Below, in pieces: positions 32,050 to 41,298 of a DNA stretch of 64,000 nucleotides (position 1 is its first letter; each line of letters begins with the position of its first letter). The notes beneath the pieces are model-generated. The model was not told the DNA's origin. It saw only the letters and a list, made by a program, of their open reading frames with translations, and searched no databases. The DNA is from a candidate division FCPU426 bacterium (GTDB lineage: Bacteria > Oederibacteriota > Muellerivitia > Muellerivitales > Muellerivitaceae). The position numbers and the translations under genes are program-made. The stretch spans positions 1 through 64,000 of the forward strand of contig CAVTWJ010000010.1 of the NCBI GenBank assembly GCA_963738405.1. Direction: 5' to 3'.

Positions 32050-32250
32050 ATGAGTTTATTTTTCCCCAAAAATTGGCAATGCAGAAAATGCAAAAGTGAT
32101 CTTATGAGAGAAGATGGAGTATTTGACTGCCCTCATTGTGGGACTTATTTCCCAAGGGCAGGAACCGGTGCGATTTTGAGATTTTGGCTATATTTGGTGA
32201 TGGGTCTTCTTTGGCTATTTGTTTGGTATTTTACGACTAGTCACAGATAG
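32050..32250 (+). CDS. Small zinc-ribbon membrane protein
   Basis: CRKC...CPHC plus C-terminal TM helix. Confidence 0.55.
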   Translation: MSLFFPKNWQCRKCKSDLMREDGVFDCPHCGTYFPRAGTGAILRFWLYLVMGLLWLFVWYFTTSHR

Positions 32251-32353
32251 AAGAGTTAATAACGAAATATTTTGAATTTAATGGTTCGCAAATCGTTTAA
32301 TCCGGGGAACCGTTAAAATTTTACTGACTTTGAGACTAAAAAACGGATAAATC

Positions 32354-32953
32354 ATGCAAACTAAAACTATAAGTGATGCAGAAAATTTATATCGGTGGGG
32401 TTATTGGTGGGCATACGGGAATCCTCGAAAAAAAGATGGGAAAAAGGCTTTTGAGTATTGGAATAGAGCGGCGCTTCTAGGGCATGTTCTCGCTCAATTT
32501 TATCTTGGCACATGTTATGACTGGGGTATTGGAACAAGGAGAAACTTAAAACTTGCTAAGAAATGGTATGAAAAAACGGCAAGATTGGGCGTGATAGGTG
32601 GTCAATATAATTTGGCGTTTATGTATCGGGATGGCATCGCGGTTCGAAAGGATTTGAGAAAAGCGTTTAAGTGGTTTAAAGCAGCGGCCCTACAAGGTGA
32701 CTCGGAGGGCCAAAGAGATTTGGGCTACTGTTATCACGAAGGTCGAGGAATTAGGAAAAATTTCAAAAAAGGTTTTTATTGGTATTCCAAGGCTGCAAAA
32801 CAGAATGATTCTAAAGCGCAATGGAATTTAGCATTGTGTTATTTAGAAGGAGATGGCATAAAACCTAATGAAAAAAAGGCAGAATTCTGGTTAAAGAAAG
32901 CGGCTAAAAACGGACACAAGAAAGCAAAGGCCAAACTTAAATCACTGAAGTGA
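32354..32953 (+). CDS. Sel1-repeat protein
   Basis: Repeats such as AQFYLGTCYDWGIG, GQYNLAFMYRDG, AQWNLALCYLEGDG. Confidence 0.9.
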   Translation: MQTKTISDAENLYRWGYWWAYGNPRKKDGKKAFEYWNRAALLGHVLAQFYLGTCYDWGIGTRRNLKLAKKWYEKTARLGVIGGQYNLAFMYRDGIAVRKDLRKAFKWFKAAALQGDSEGQRDLGYCYHEGRGIRKNFKKGFYWYSKAAKQNDSKAQWNLALCYLEGDGIKPNEKKAEFWLKKAAKNGHKKAKAKLKSLK

Positions 32954-33228
32954 TCGAATTATCTGGAATTTAATGGTTCTAAAATCCTTCTGCACTGAAG
33001 CTCCGAAGGACAAGTCGTGCAGAATGGGAAGGACTCAGATTCTGCAAGTTTCTAAATTTTGAGGCGGATCACTTTTCAAACGGTGAATTCTTCCAAACTG
33101 GATTAAAAAGAACCTAAGAGTGGACAACCCTTCTCGCCGGAAAACCACCGCAAATTGTGAAACCAATGGCTGAATTTTTGTCGGGGTACAACTTCAAACC
33201 TAATTTCTTTTAAATATGACGTACGCCC

Positions 33229-33256
33229 TTGACTCCCAAAGGTCGAGGGTTAAACT
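33229..33256 (+). promoter_or_regulatory. Putative sigma70 promoter of the aminotransferase-serA operon
   Basis: TTGACT-16-TAAACT. Confidence 0.5.
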
Positions 33257-33347
33257 ACCCGCAATTCTTTATGAATTTAAGGGGAGACCGCCCAAAGCGG
33301 GCTGGGTTTTTATTTTGAGGCCCTGATGGGGCGAAAAGAGGTTTCCA

Positions 33348-34502
33348 ATGATGAAAAAGTTCATTATGGCCCCAGGGCCCACTGCCATCCCCGCCGAGGT
33401 TTTGGCGGAAGCCAGCATGCCGATACCCCATCACCGGACCCCGGGGTTTCAGGCCTTGTTTAAGGCCGCCTCCGAGGGGTTGCAACTCTTTTTTCGCACG
33501 AAAAACCCCGTTATCACCTTTGCTTCCGTCGGCACAGGCGCCATGGAAGCTGCCGTTGCCAACCTGACCTCGCCCGGTGAAAAGGTATTGGTAGCTTCTT
33601 CGGGTTGGTTTGGAAAGCGCTGGAACGATATCTGCAAGGTCTACAGCGTTCAAACGGACTATTACGAGTGCGAGTGGGGAAAGTCGGTGGACCCGGCCGA
33701 GGTGGAAAAAAGACTCAAGGCTAGCCCCGAGATTAAACTGGTTTTTACGACCCTCAACGAAACCGCCACAGGAAACCTGAACGATGTTCAAGCCTTGGCC
33801 AAGGTGGCTCACGCCGCCGGCGCATTGATCGTGGTGGATGCCGTTTCGGGCCTGGGAGCGGCTCCTTGCGAAACCGACGGCTGGGGATTGGATGTGGTGG
33901 TTTCGGGTTCGCAGAAAGGTTTCATGATCCCACCGGGCTTGAGCTTTACCTCGGTGAACGCGGCGGCAGCTGAAAAAAACAAGACGGCCAAGAATCCACG
34001 ATTTTATTTCAGCTACGAGAAGGCTTTGAAAAAGCTGACCGAGGAAAAAATGCCGGACACCCCTTTTACCCCGGCCATCTCGCTTGTCATTCAATTGAAG
34101 AAGGCCTTGGAATTGATTCACCAAGAGGGAATGGAAAACGTCTGGAAAAGGCACGCCGGTTTGGCCAGGGCCACTCGGGCGGGTGTGGAAGCCCTGGGGC
34201 TCAAGCTTTACGCCCCCCAATCGCCCTCACCCGCTTTGACTTCTGTGATTTCCCCCGAAGGCATCGACAGCGGACTTATTAACAAGGCCTACCGGGACAC
34301 CTACGGCATCAGCATTGCCGGGGGCCAGGGTCCGGCCAAGGGCAAGATCTTCCGCATCGGGCATCTGGGCTATGTGGATGGCTCGGACACGATTTTGGCC
34401 ATTGCCCGCCTGGAAATGATTCTTCATAAACTGGGCAAGCCTGTGCCCTTGGGAACGGGCGTCAAGGCGGCTCAAGAGGTTTTGCTCGAAGAAAATTTAT
34501 AA
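33348..34502 (+). CDS. Class V PLP aminotransferase (alanine-glyoxylate/serine-pyruvate family; probable phosphoserine aminotransferase role)
   Basis: MAPGPT, VDAVS, GSQKG, FRIGHLG. Adjacent to serA. Confidence 0.9.
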   Translation: MMKKFIMAPGPTAIPAEVLAEASMPIPHHRTPGFQALFKAASEGLQLFFRTKNPVITFASVGTGAMEAAVANLTSPGEKVLVASSGWFGKRWNDICKVYSVQTDYYECEWGKSVDPAEVEKRLKASPEIKLVFTTLNETATGNLNDVQALAKVAHAAGALIVVDAVSGLGAAPCETDGWGLDVVVSGSQKGFMIPPGLSFTSVNAAAAEKNKTAKNPRFYFSYEKALKKLTEEKMPDTPFTPAISLVIQLKKALELIHQEGMENVWKRHAGLARATRAGVEALGLKLYAPQSPSPALTSVISPEGIDSGLINKAYRDTYGISIAGGQGPAKGKIFRIGHLGYVDGSDTILAIARLEMILHKLGKPVPLGTGVKAAQEVLLEENL

Positions 34503-34524
34503 TTAAAACTCGAAGGGGCGCGCC

Positions 34525-36108
34525 ATGATCAAGGTCCTCGTCACCGACAAGCTTTCCGAACAGGGGATGGAAGTCTTCACCCGGGAAAAAGATTTTAAAG
34601 TCGAAGAACATTTGAAAAAAACACCTGATGAGCTCAAGGCTCTCTTGCCGGGTTTTCAAGCCTGGGTGATCCGAAGTGGGACCACCGTGACAGCCGATTT
34701 GATCCAAGCCGCCCCCGACTTAAAAATTATCGGGCGGGCGGGCGTCGGGGTTGATAACGTCGATTTAGAAGCGGCGACAAAGCGGGGGATCATCGTCATG
34801 AACACCCCTGACGGTAATACCATCTCTACCGCAGAGCACACGGTAGCAATGCTTATGTCCATGGCTCGGTTGATTCCCCAGGCCATGCAGTCTTTGCGGG
34901 AAAAGAAATGGGAACGCACCAAATTTACCGGCTGTGAATTGAACGAAAAAATCCTGGGCGTGGTCGGGATGGGACGCATCGGCACCAATGTGGCCCGCAA
35001 GGCCAAGGGTTTGGGGATGAGGATTATCGGGTTTGACCCCTATTTGGATCCGGCCCGTGCGCAGGGACACGAGTTTGAGATCGTCACTCTGGACGATTTG
35101 ATTAAAAGGGCTGATTTCATCACCGTTCATACTCCCCTCACGAAAGAAACGAAGGGGCTGATCGGGGCTGCCCAAATCGCCAAGATGAAGGACGGGGTGC
35201 GGTTGATCAATTGCGCCCGGGGCGGCATTATCGATGAGAAGGCCTTGTATGACGCTTTGAAAAGTAAAAAGGTGGCCGGGGCCGCGCTGGATGTTTTCGA
35301 GCAGGAACCTCCTTTCGAAAGTCCTCTTTTGACCCTCGACAATGTGGTGTTCGTGCCCCATTTGGGCGCCGCCACCCAAGAAGCGCAAGTGAACGTGGCG
35401 GTAGTGGTGGCCGAACAGATGGTGGAAGCTTTGAAGGGCGGGCGTGTCAGCAACGCCATCAATATGCCGTCGCTTGATCCTAAATTACTTGAGGAATTAA
35501 AACCCTATTTGGACCTGATGGAAAAAATAGGTTCATTTCATTACCAGTTGGCTGAATCTTTCATTCAATCCATCAAAGTGGAATACAACGGGGAAATCGC
35601 CAAGTATGATCCCAAACCGTTAACCTTGAGCCTGATGAAAGGCATTCTAGATAAGGGGATGAGCGGGGGCGTCAATTACGTGAACGCGCTGGTCATCGCG
35701 AAGGAAAAGGGCTTCCAGATCACCGAGGCGGTTCATAATACCGTAAAGGATTACTCTTCCCTGATTACCGTAACGGTCAAAAATGAAAAGGGTACCCATT
35801 CCATCTCGGGAACGGTTTTCGGCAAAAACGAGACGCGGATCGTGAATCTGGATGGAAGCAATACCGATTTCACCCCCACGGGGCACATGATCTGGATGGC
35901 GCACCAGGACAAACCAGGAATTGTGGGCAAACTGGGAACCATCCTGGGCAATAACGGCGTGAACATCGCCGGGCTTTACGTGGGCCGCCAGGAAGTGGGA
36001 GGAAAAGCCGTGGCCATGGTGAATGTGGACAATGAAGTTCCCGAAAAAGTTCTGGTTGAATTGAAGGGAATTTCCCACATTCAGGATTTGCGCTTCGTGA
36101 CCCTATAA
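34525..36108 (+). CDS. serA: D-3-phosphoglycerate dehydrogenase
   Basis: GRAGVGVDN, GMGRIG, NCARGG, PHLGA, ASB and ACT domains. Confidence 0.95.
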   Translation: MIKVLVTDKLSEQGMEVFTREKDFKVEEHLKKTPDELKALLPGFQAWVIRSGTTVTADLIQAAPDLKIIGRAGVGVDNVDLEAATKRGIIVMNTPDGNTISTAEHTVAMLMSMARLIPQAMQSLREKKWERTKFTGCELNEKILGVVGMGRIGTNVARKAKGLGMRIIGFDPYLDPARAQGHEFEIVTLDDLIKRADFITVHTPLTKETKGLIGAAQIAKMKDGVRLINCARGGIIDEKALYDALKSKKVAGAALDVFEQEPPFESPLLTLDNVVFVPHLGAATQEAQVNVAVVVAEQMVEALKGGRVSNAINMPSLDPKLLEELKPYLDLMEKIGSFHYQLAESFIQSIKVEYNGEIAKYDPKPLTLSLMKGILDKGMSGGVNYVNALVIAKEKGFQITEAVHNTVKDYSSLITVTVKNEKGTHSISGTVFGKNETRIVNLDGSNTDFTPTGHMIWMAHQDKPGIVGKLGTILGNNGVNIAGLYVGRQEVGGKAVAMVNVDNEVPEKVLVELKGISHIQDLRFVTL

Positions 36109-36157
36109 ATCGCCGCCTTTCTTGACAGGGACTAGGATGAAAGATACCTTAGAACCC

Positions 36158-36739
36158 ATGAAATCAAACCCGCTTGTTTGTCTCATTTTGTTCCTCATTT
36201 CAACTTCCCCCCTTTTGGCCGCCCCCAGTTTTTGGGGAGGGCAGGAAGAAACTCCCACACCTTCTACCCTGATGCCGGTTGAAGAAGTGGTGGCGACTCC
36301 AACCATTTCGGGACCGACCGCGACTCCGGTAGTTATTCAAAATGTTTCATTTCCCACGCCAACTCCCACGCCCTTGCCTGGGATGAAATCAAAGGACGCC
36401 ACGACCGCCGCGATCCTTTCAACGGTTTTGCCGGGCTTGGGGCAGGTTTACGATGAAGACCCCTTGCGGGGAGTCGCCTTTGCGGCTCTTTTTGGGGTCG
36501 GGCTTTGGCAGACCATCGATAATCTACAATTGGTGAACGCAAGCAATCCTGCCGGGGGTAATAAAGAAGTTAAAAATGAGGATGCGGGAGAGTTGATCGG
36601 TTTGGGGACCCTGGCGGTATATGGTTTTTGCATTCAAGACGCGGCCAATAGCGCTAATAATTACAATCGCCATAATAATCTCGCGCTGACTTTCCAGTTA
36701 AAACCCCGGAGCGGCGCCCAACTAGCCCTTCGTTTCTGA
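36158..36739 (+). CDS. Secreted/membrane hypothetical protein (TP linker, LPGLGQVY motif)
   Basis: Signal peptide, TPTP tract, SxxLPGxGQ motif of TM2/DUF5683-like proteins. Confidence 0.65.
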   Translation: MKSNPLVCLILFLISTSPLLAAPSFWGGQEETPTPSTLMPVEEVVATPTISGPTATPVVIQNVSFPTPTPTPLPGMKSKDATTAAILSTVLPGLGQVYDEDPLRGVAFAALFGVGLWQTIDNLQLVNASNPAGGNKEVKNEDAGELIGLGTLAVYGFCIQDAANSANNYNRHNNLALTFQLKPRSGAQLALRF

Positions 36740-36744
36740 CTTTT

Positions 36745-37785
36745 GTGATGGCACAAAGAAAAAAGCCATTGTTTTTCAAATTCCGGATTCTAAGTTTTTG
36801 TCTCCTGTCCCTCCTGCCTTTTTGTTTACCCAAACATCTGAGCGCGGTTGAGTTAGATCCCTTTCCCCTGCCGGAAGTTTCAAGGGAACAGGTTTCCATT
36901 TCCTTTTTTCGGGAGGAAAGGCCCAGTTTTTATTGGCTCAACGCAGGCGTACCGGATAGTTTTTTCAACCCTGTCAGCGTAGTGTCCTCCTATCCCAATC
37001 CTGTTACCTATTCCGTAAGAACCATCGAATACGGTATTCGGGCGCAAGGCTGGGTTACGGACCAGCTGAATTTGAGGGTGACTTTGCCCTTTGAGGGAAA
37101 CGCCTTGGAGGACACCGGATCGGTCAATAGTTTGGGTGAGACCATCGTGGGGACCCATAGCGCTGAAAAAATAGGCGATATCGAACTTGGGGCCACCTAT
37201 TTGATCGTGGGAAACGGGGAAAAAGGAAACTACATCGGCGTGAACGGCTGGTACCGGTTTCCGACCGGTTCCAGTCCTTTTTATCAATCCTTCCCCCTGT
37301 TGGGTACAGGGAAGGGAGCGGGGCGTGAGGCCCTGGGGATTGTGATGGACGAGGAAGCTTATGGATTTTCCCTTTTTCAAAGCCTAAACTACGAAACAAC
37401 GGACCCGGTTCAACTCAATAGCGGCTCCTGGTTTGGGTCCGGCACCTTTAATTGGCCCGACAATTGGTTTGCCACGGGAAAAATCAGCTACCAGGTTTTC
37501 CATCGGTCTCAAAGGGTCGTTTCATTTTATTATCAACTTCGAGCCCGGTTCAGCGGCTTGATGAAATTCAACGGCCAGGTTTTAGGTTATGGAGAAAATG
37601 GGAATTCTTTGGGTTTTCCCATGACAACCGACCAGCTCGCTTTTTCGACCATTGGGATGGATGTTCAGGTGGATCGGACCTTTTTGGTCGATGGGCAACT
37701 GACCTATTTTCCATGGTATATTGTGGGTGTTCGTCCGAACCAGGGCTGGCTATTCACGATGGGCCTGGACTTCAAGCCTATTTGA
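36745..37785 (+). CDS. Putative outer-membrane beta-barrel protein
   Basis: Signal peptide, amphipathic beta strands, IGDIELG and FPTG motifs like transporter/MetA-pathway barrels. Confidence 0.55.
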   Translation: MMAQRKKPLFFKFRILSFCLLSLLPFCLPKHLSAVELDPFPLPEVSREQVSISFFREERPSFYWLNAGVPDSFFNPVSVVSSYPNPVTYSVRTIEYGIRAQGWVTDQLNLRVTLPFEGNALEDTGSVNSLGETIVGTHSAEKIGDIELGATYLIVGNGEKGNYIGVNGWYRFPTGSSPFYQSFPLLGTGKGAGREALGIVMDEEAYGFSLFQSLNYETTDPVQLNSGSWFGSGTFNWPDNWFATGKISYQVFHRSQRVVSFYYQLRARFSGLMKFNGQVLGYGENGNSLGFPMTTDQLAFSTIGMDVQVDRTFLVDGQLTYFPWYIVGVRPNQGWLFTMGLDFKPI

Positions 37786-37810
37786 GCTTTGATTTTTAAG
37801 GAGTTCGGCT

Positions 37811-38182
37811 ATGCCTGACGCAAATATGTTTCTTGAAAAAAGGGTCCATCCCCGTATCTCGGTTAAAATTCCGGTGAAGTACAGGGTGATTGAGGACCAA
37901 AAAGAAATTGAGACGGTTTTTGAGCGAAAAAAGCGAGAACAAACCAGTCAAACGATGGATGTGAGTTTGGGCGGGCTTTACCTGGTCGCGGATCAGGTTC
38001 TCAATGTGGGCAGTATCCTCCGGCTCGATATTTCTCTTCCGGGTCATTCCGTAATGATTTCAGCCTTCGCGGAAGTGGTTTGGTCCAATGAGACCGGCGG
38101 GGGGCTGCATTTTTTAGCCATGAAAGAAGAAGACGTCGATTCGTTGAAGAACTACCTTTCCCAGACTCAACCCGGAAAATAA
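37811..38182 (+). CDS. PilZ domain protein
   Basis: EKRVHPR (RxxxR) and DVSLGG (DxSxxG). Confidence 0.9.
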   Translation: MPDANMFLEKRVHPRISVKIPVKYRVIEDQKEIETVFERKKREQTSQTMDVSLGGLYLVADQVLNVGSILRLDISLPGHSVMISAFAEVVWSNETGGGLHFLAMKEEDVDSLKNYLSQTQPGK

Positions 38183-38188
38183 CACCTT

Positions 38189-39394
38189 ATGAACGGACGC
38201 TCCTTGTTTTTCCCCCTTTGGTTTCTTTGGGTCGTTTTGGGTGGGACTTTGGGATTTTTTTCCGGCTACCTCAACCCTTGGATTGGCTGCCCTTTGATTG
38301 GAATCTCCTTTTGGGCTTTGGGAGCCTGGGCCTTTTCCCAGGGCAGCAAGGAAGCCTTTCGATCATTTAAAGCTGGTGTCCAATCCCACGGACCTTCCGA
38401 GAAATTATCCTCCCTCGTTGAGGCTGCCGCTTCCGCAGCGAACCCATTTGAGGCCTTGGCGCTGGGCCTTGTGGAGATGGACAAAGCATCCTTATCTATT
38501 GTTCTTGAAGCAAATGGACAGGCCGGGGCAGGTCCCTCAATGGAAATTCTCGAGAATTTGGAGCGCTTGGTAAGAGAACAAGAACACACCATCCAGGCCT
38601 TTTACGCTTTTAAGGATGTGATCCGGGATTGGTCCACCACCATTGAAAAGGCGGGACGCATCAATAAATCGCTTTTACAACTCAATGAAATAATTGTGAG
38701 CGATAGCAAAAAAGTGGCTCAGGATACCGATTCCGCTGCTCGTTCCGCCACTGAGGGGATCAAGACCGTTGGAAAGGAAATCAAGGCAATGACCGAAATC
38801 AAGGCCACCATTGGTTCTTCCGCGGAAGTGATTCAACAGCTCAATCTTGCCTCGGAGCAAATCGGGGATTTTCTGGCCTCCATTACCTCTATCGCTCGAA
38901 AAACTAATCTTTTGGCCTTGAACGCGGGTATCGAGGCCGCCCGGGCGGGGGAACAGGGAACGGGTTTTGCGGTCGTGGCCGGAGAAATTAAAATTTTAGC
39001 GGAGGCTTCCGCGAAGGCGGCGGGAGATGTCAAGCATTTGGTGGACGACATTCGAAGCAAAACCTCCAGCGCCATTTCACTAATCAATACCACGGGGAAA
39101 ATTGAGGAAAACGTCAATGTTGTCTACAGTGCTGGTGATGTTTTCATGAACATCGTCAAATCGATCCGCAAGGCCGGCGGTTTATTGGGGGAAATCTCAC
39201 AAGCGCTTGATGATCAGAGGAATGATAATGAGTTGCTCGTTCAACTTTTAGAGAAGATACATAGTTCGGGCGGCCAAGTGCGCGATAAATTTGATATGGC
39301 TCAGCAGGGGCTGGATCAGGTTCAGAAACTGTCCCAAAAGATACGGGATCAAATAATTGAAGCGCGGGCTAATTCTCCGGCAAACCGGGATTAA
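38189..39394 (+). CDS. Methyl-accepting chemotaxis-like protein
   Basis: TNLLALNAGIEAARAGEQGTGFAVVAGEI, two N-terminal TMs. Confidence 0.9.
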   Translation: MNGRSLFFPLWFLWVVLGGTLGFFSGYLNPWIGCPLIGISFWALGAWAFSQGSKEAFRSFKAGVQSHGPSEKLSSLVEAAASAANPFEALALGLVEMDKASLSIVLEANGQAGAGPSMEILENLERLVREQEHTIQAFYAFKDVIRDWSTTIEKAGRINKSLLQLNEIIVSDSKKVAQDTDSAARSATEGIKTVGKEIKAMTEIKATIGSSAEVIQQLNLASEQIGDFLASITSIARKTNLLALNAGIEAARAGEQGTGFAVVAGEIKILAEASAKAAGDVKHLVDDIRSKTSSAISLINTTGKIEENVNVVYSAGDVFMNIVKSIRKAGGLLGEISQALDDQRNDNELLVQLLEKIHSSGGQVRDKFDMAQQGLDQVQKLSQKIRDQIIEARANSPANRD

Positions 39395-39500
39395 GTTGAC
39401 AGGCTTAAACGCAGGGAGTTAAAGTAAAAAGGTTCCTGGTCGTCTAAAAACGTTGTCCGTTCTATTTTTGCTTTTTATTCCAACCTCAAGAGGTTTTTTC

Positions 39501-40466
39501 ATGATCAAGTGCCCGGCCTGCGGTGCGGAAAACCCCGAAGGCACGAAAATTTGCGTTAAATGCGGAACGGAACTTCCCAAAAACGAAAAGGACAAGAAAA
39601 AACCGGTTCCCGCGGCTTCCGGAGAGAAACGAAGCTTCAGGCTGGGTGATATTGCCAGGGATTTGGTGGATATTCTTTTCCTTTTGGCGATCATAGCCCT
39701 GATTGGGTTTTACTTTATAGAAGAGTCCTGCCATTGGACTTGGCCCCCCCGTTTTACGGACACAGAGGAAGCCCGTATCGTATCCAACCCCGTTTTGGGA
39801 GAGCCCACGCCTGTTCCCGCGCACCGCCGTGGCCGCATGGCGCGTCACGCCGCCTCCCCGGAAAGAACCGCAGAGGTAAATCCGGAGGTGCAGTTCGGGA
39901 ATGCCGAGACCTTTTATCAAAGGGGCAAGGCTCAATATGACTTAAAAAATTATCATGCGTCCTATAATTTCCTGAAGCAGGCCCTTCGCGTGGATCCGAC
40001 CTATTCCATGGCCTATTTCGCCCTGGGATACCTTTATCATCACTTTTCAATGGATGACGCCGCGGTTCGGATGTACGAGATGTCCCTTCGATTCAATCCC
40101 AATCACGTGGAATCGATCAATAACCTGGCCAAGATGTTTCAAGACGCTGGCAATTACGATGACGCGATGGATCTTTATCAACAGGCTGTCAGCCTGGACC
40201 CCTCCAACGCCGATTTCCATTTTAACCTGGGGGATCTTTACCTGGAAAAGAACCGAAATGAGGAGGCGCTTCAATCCTTCCAAAAGGCTTCCAGTTTAAA
40301 CCCGCAAAGCCCTGATATTTATACCGACTTGGCCTTGACCTGCGAACGGCTGGGCCGCAAACAGGACGCTGAAGACGCCTGGCACAAGGTGCTGCAATAT
40401 TCCAACCAGGCCGATTACATCCAACAAGCCAAACAACACCTGACTTTCTTGCAGGCCCAGAGCTAG
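39501..40466 (+). CDS. Zinc-ribbon, TM, TPR protein
   Basis: CPACG...CVKCG, TM helix, several TPRs. Confidence 0.85.
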   Translation: MIKCPACGAENPEGTKICVKCGTELPKNEKDKKKPVPAASGEKRSFRLGDIARDLVDILFLLAIIALIGFYFIEESCHWTWPPRFTDTEEARIVSNPVLGEPTPVPAHRRGRMARHAASPERTAEVNPEVQFGNAETFYQRGKAQYDLKNYHASYNFLKQALRVDPTYSMAYFALGYLYHHFSMDDAAVRMYEMSLRFNPNHVESINNLAKMFQDAGNYDDAMDLYQQAVSLDPSNADFHFNLGDLYLEKNRNEEALQSFQKASSLNPQSPDIYTDLALTCERLGRKQDAEDAWHKVLQYSNQADYIQQAKQHLTFLQAQS

Positions 40467-40475
40467 AAGAGAAAT

Positions 40476-40520
40476 AAAAAAAGCCGCCTCCCTTTAAAAG
40501 GGGGCGGCTTTTTTTATTTT
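40476..40520. terminator. Bidirectional intrinsic terminator
   Basis: AAAAAAAGCCGCCTCCC...GGGGGCGGCTTTTTTT between convergent genes. Confidence 0.8.
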
Positions 40521-40533
40521 GGGACGGGCTAGT

Positions 40534-41229
40534 TTATTTTAGGCGGTTGTAAAGTTTGAAGAGCTCCTTGAAGGCCCTCAAAATCACCGAGAGTTTGGCG
40601 CCGGTTTGGGTGCCCGCCGTTCGGGGATAGTGGGTGACCCCCACCTCCACGAAGCGGAATTTTTCCTTGTGGGAGCGGGCCAAAAGTTCCGTGGAAACCA
40701 TGGCGCCGCCCGCCGTCAGTTCCACCTTGTCCAGAACTTTGCGCTTCATCAGTTTGAAGGCGCAGTCCACATCGCGAACCTTGAAACCAAAAAGCAGTTT
40801 TACCAAGGACCCCCACATAAAAGCGTTCAATTTACGCAGGGCCGGATCCCTTCGGTTTTTTCGGAAGCCCAGGATGAGATCTCCCTCATCGATTTTTTCG
40901 ATGAGAAGAGTGATTTCCCGCAGGTCAAACTGAAGGTCCCCGTCGGTAAAAAAGACGAAATCGTAACGGGCGGCCTTGTAACCGGATATGACCGCCCCCC
41001 CGTAGCCCTTATTTTTTTCATGATGAACGGGGCGTACATGGTCGTCTTCCTTGGATAACCGGTCAATGATCTCACCGGTATGGTCTTTACTGCCGTCGTT
41101 GACGGGAATAATTTCCCATTGTTCGGCCACCTCGGGCAGTATCCCTTGGGCTTGCCTTACCATTTTCTCGACATTGGCTTCCTCGTTGTAACAAGGGAAA
41201 AAAATGGAGAGAGAAGAAAGCTTGGGCAT
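40534..41229 (-). CDS. GT2 glycosyltransferase (polyprenol-phosphate glycosyltransferase-like)
   Basis: PCYNEE, NDGSKD, NKGYG, TDGDLQ, DVDCAFKL. Confidence 0.9.
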   Translation of the reverse strand: MPKLSSLSIFFPCYNEEANVEKMVRQAQGILPEVAEQWEIIPVNDGSKDHTGEIIDRLSKEDDHVRPVHHEKNKGYGGAVISGYKAARYDFVFFTDGDLQFDLREITLLIEKIDEGDLILGFRKNRRDPALRKLNAFMWGSLVKLLFGFKVRDVDCAFKLMKRKVLDKVELTAGGAMVSTELLARSHKEKFRFVEVGVTHYPRTAGTQTGAKLSVILRAFKELFKLYNRLK

Positions 41230-41298
41230 GACGACTCCTTGCATTTGACTTTGAAAGTTTACCACGCACCGGAGAGGGCCGGAAATAAAACCCGATTC

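Noticed and set aside
33280..33310. Glycine riboswitch (GGAGACCG...GCGG)
   Set aside because: Lacks the CCGAAG and CTCTCAGG conserved elements.
33255..34220. 321-aa antisense ORF and similar antisense ORFs over clpP, serA and others
   Set aside because: Antisense to well-supported conserved genes, with no recognisable motifs.
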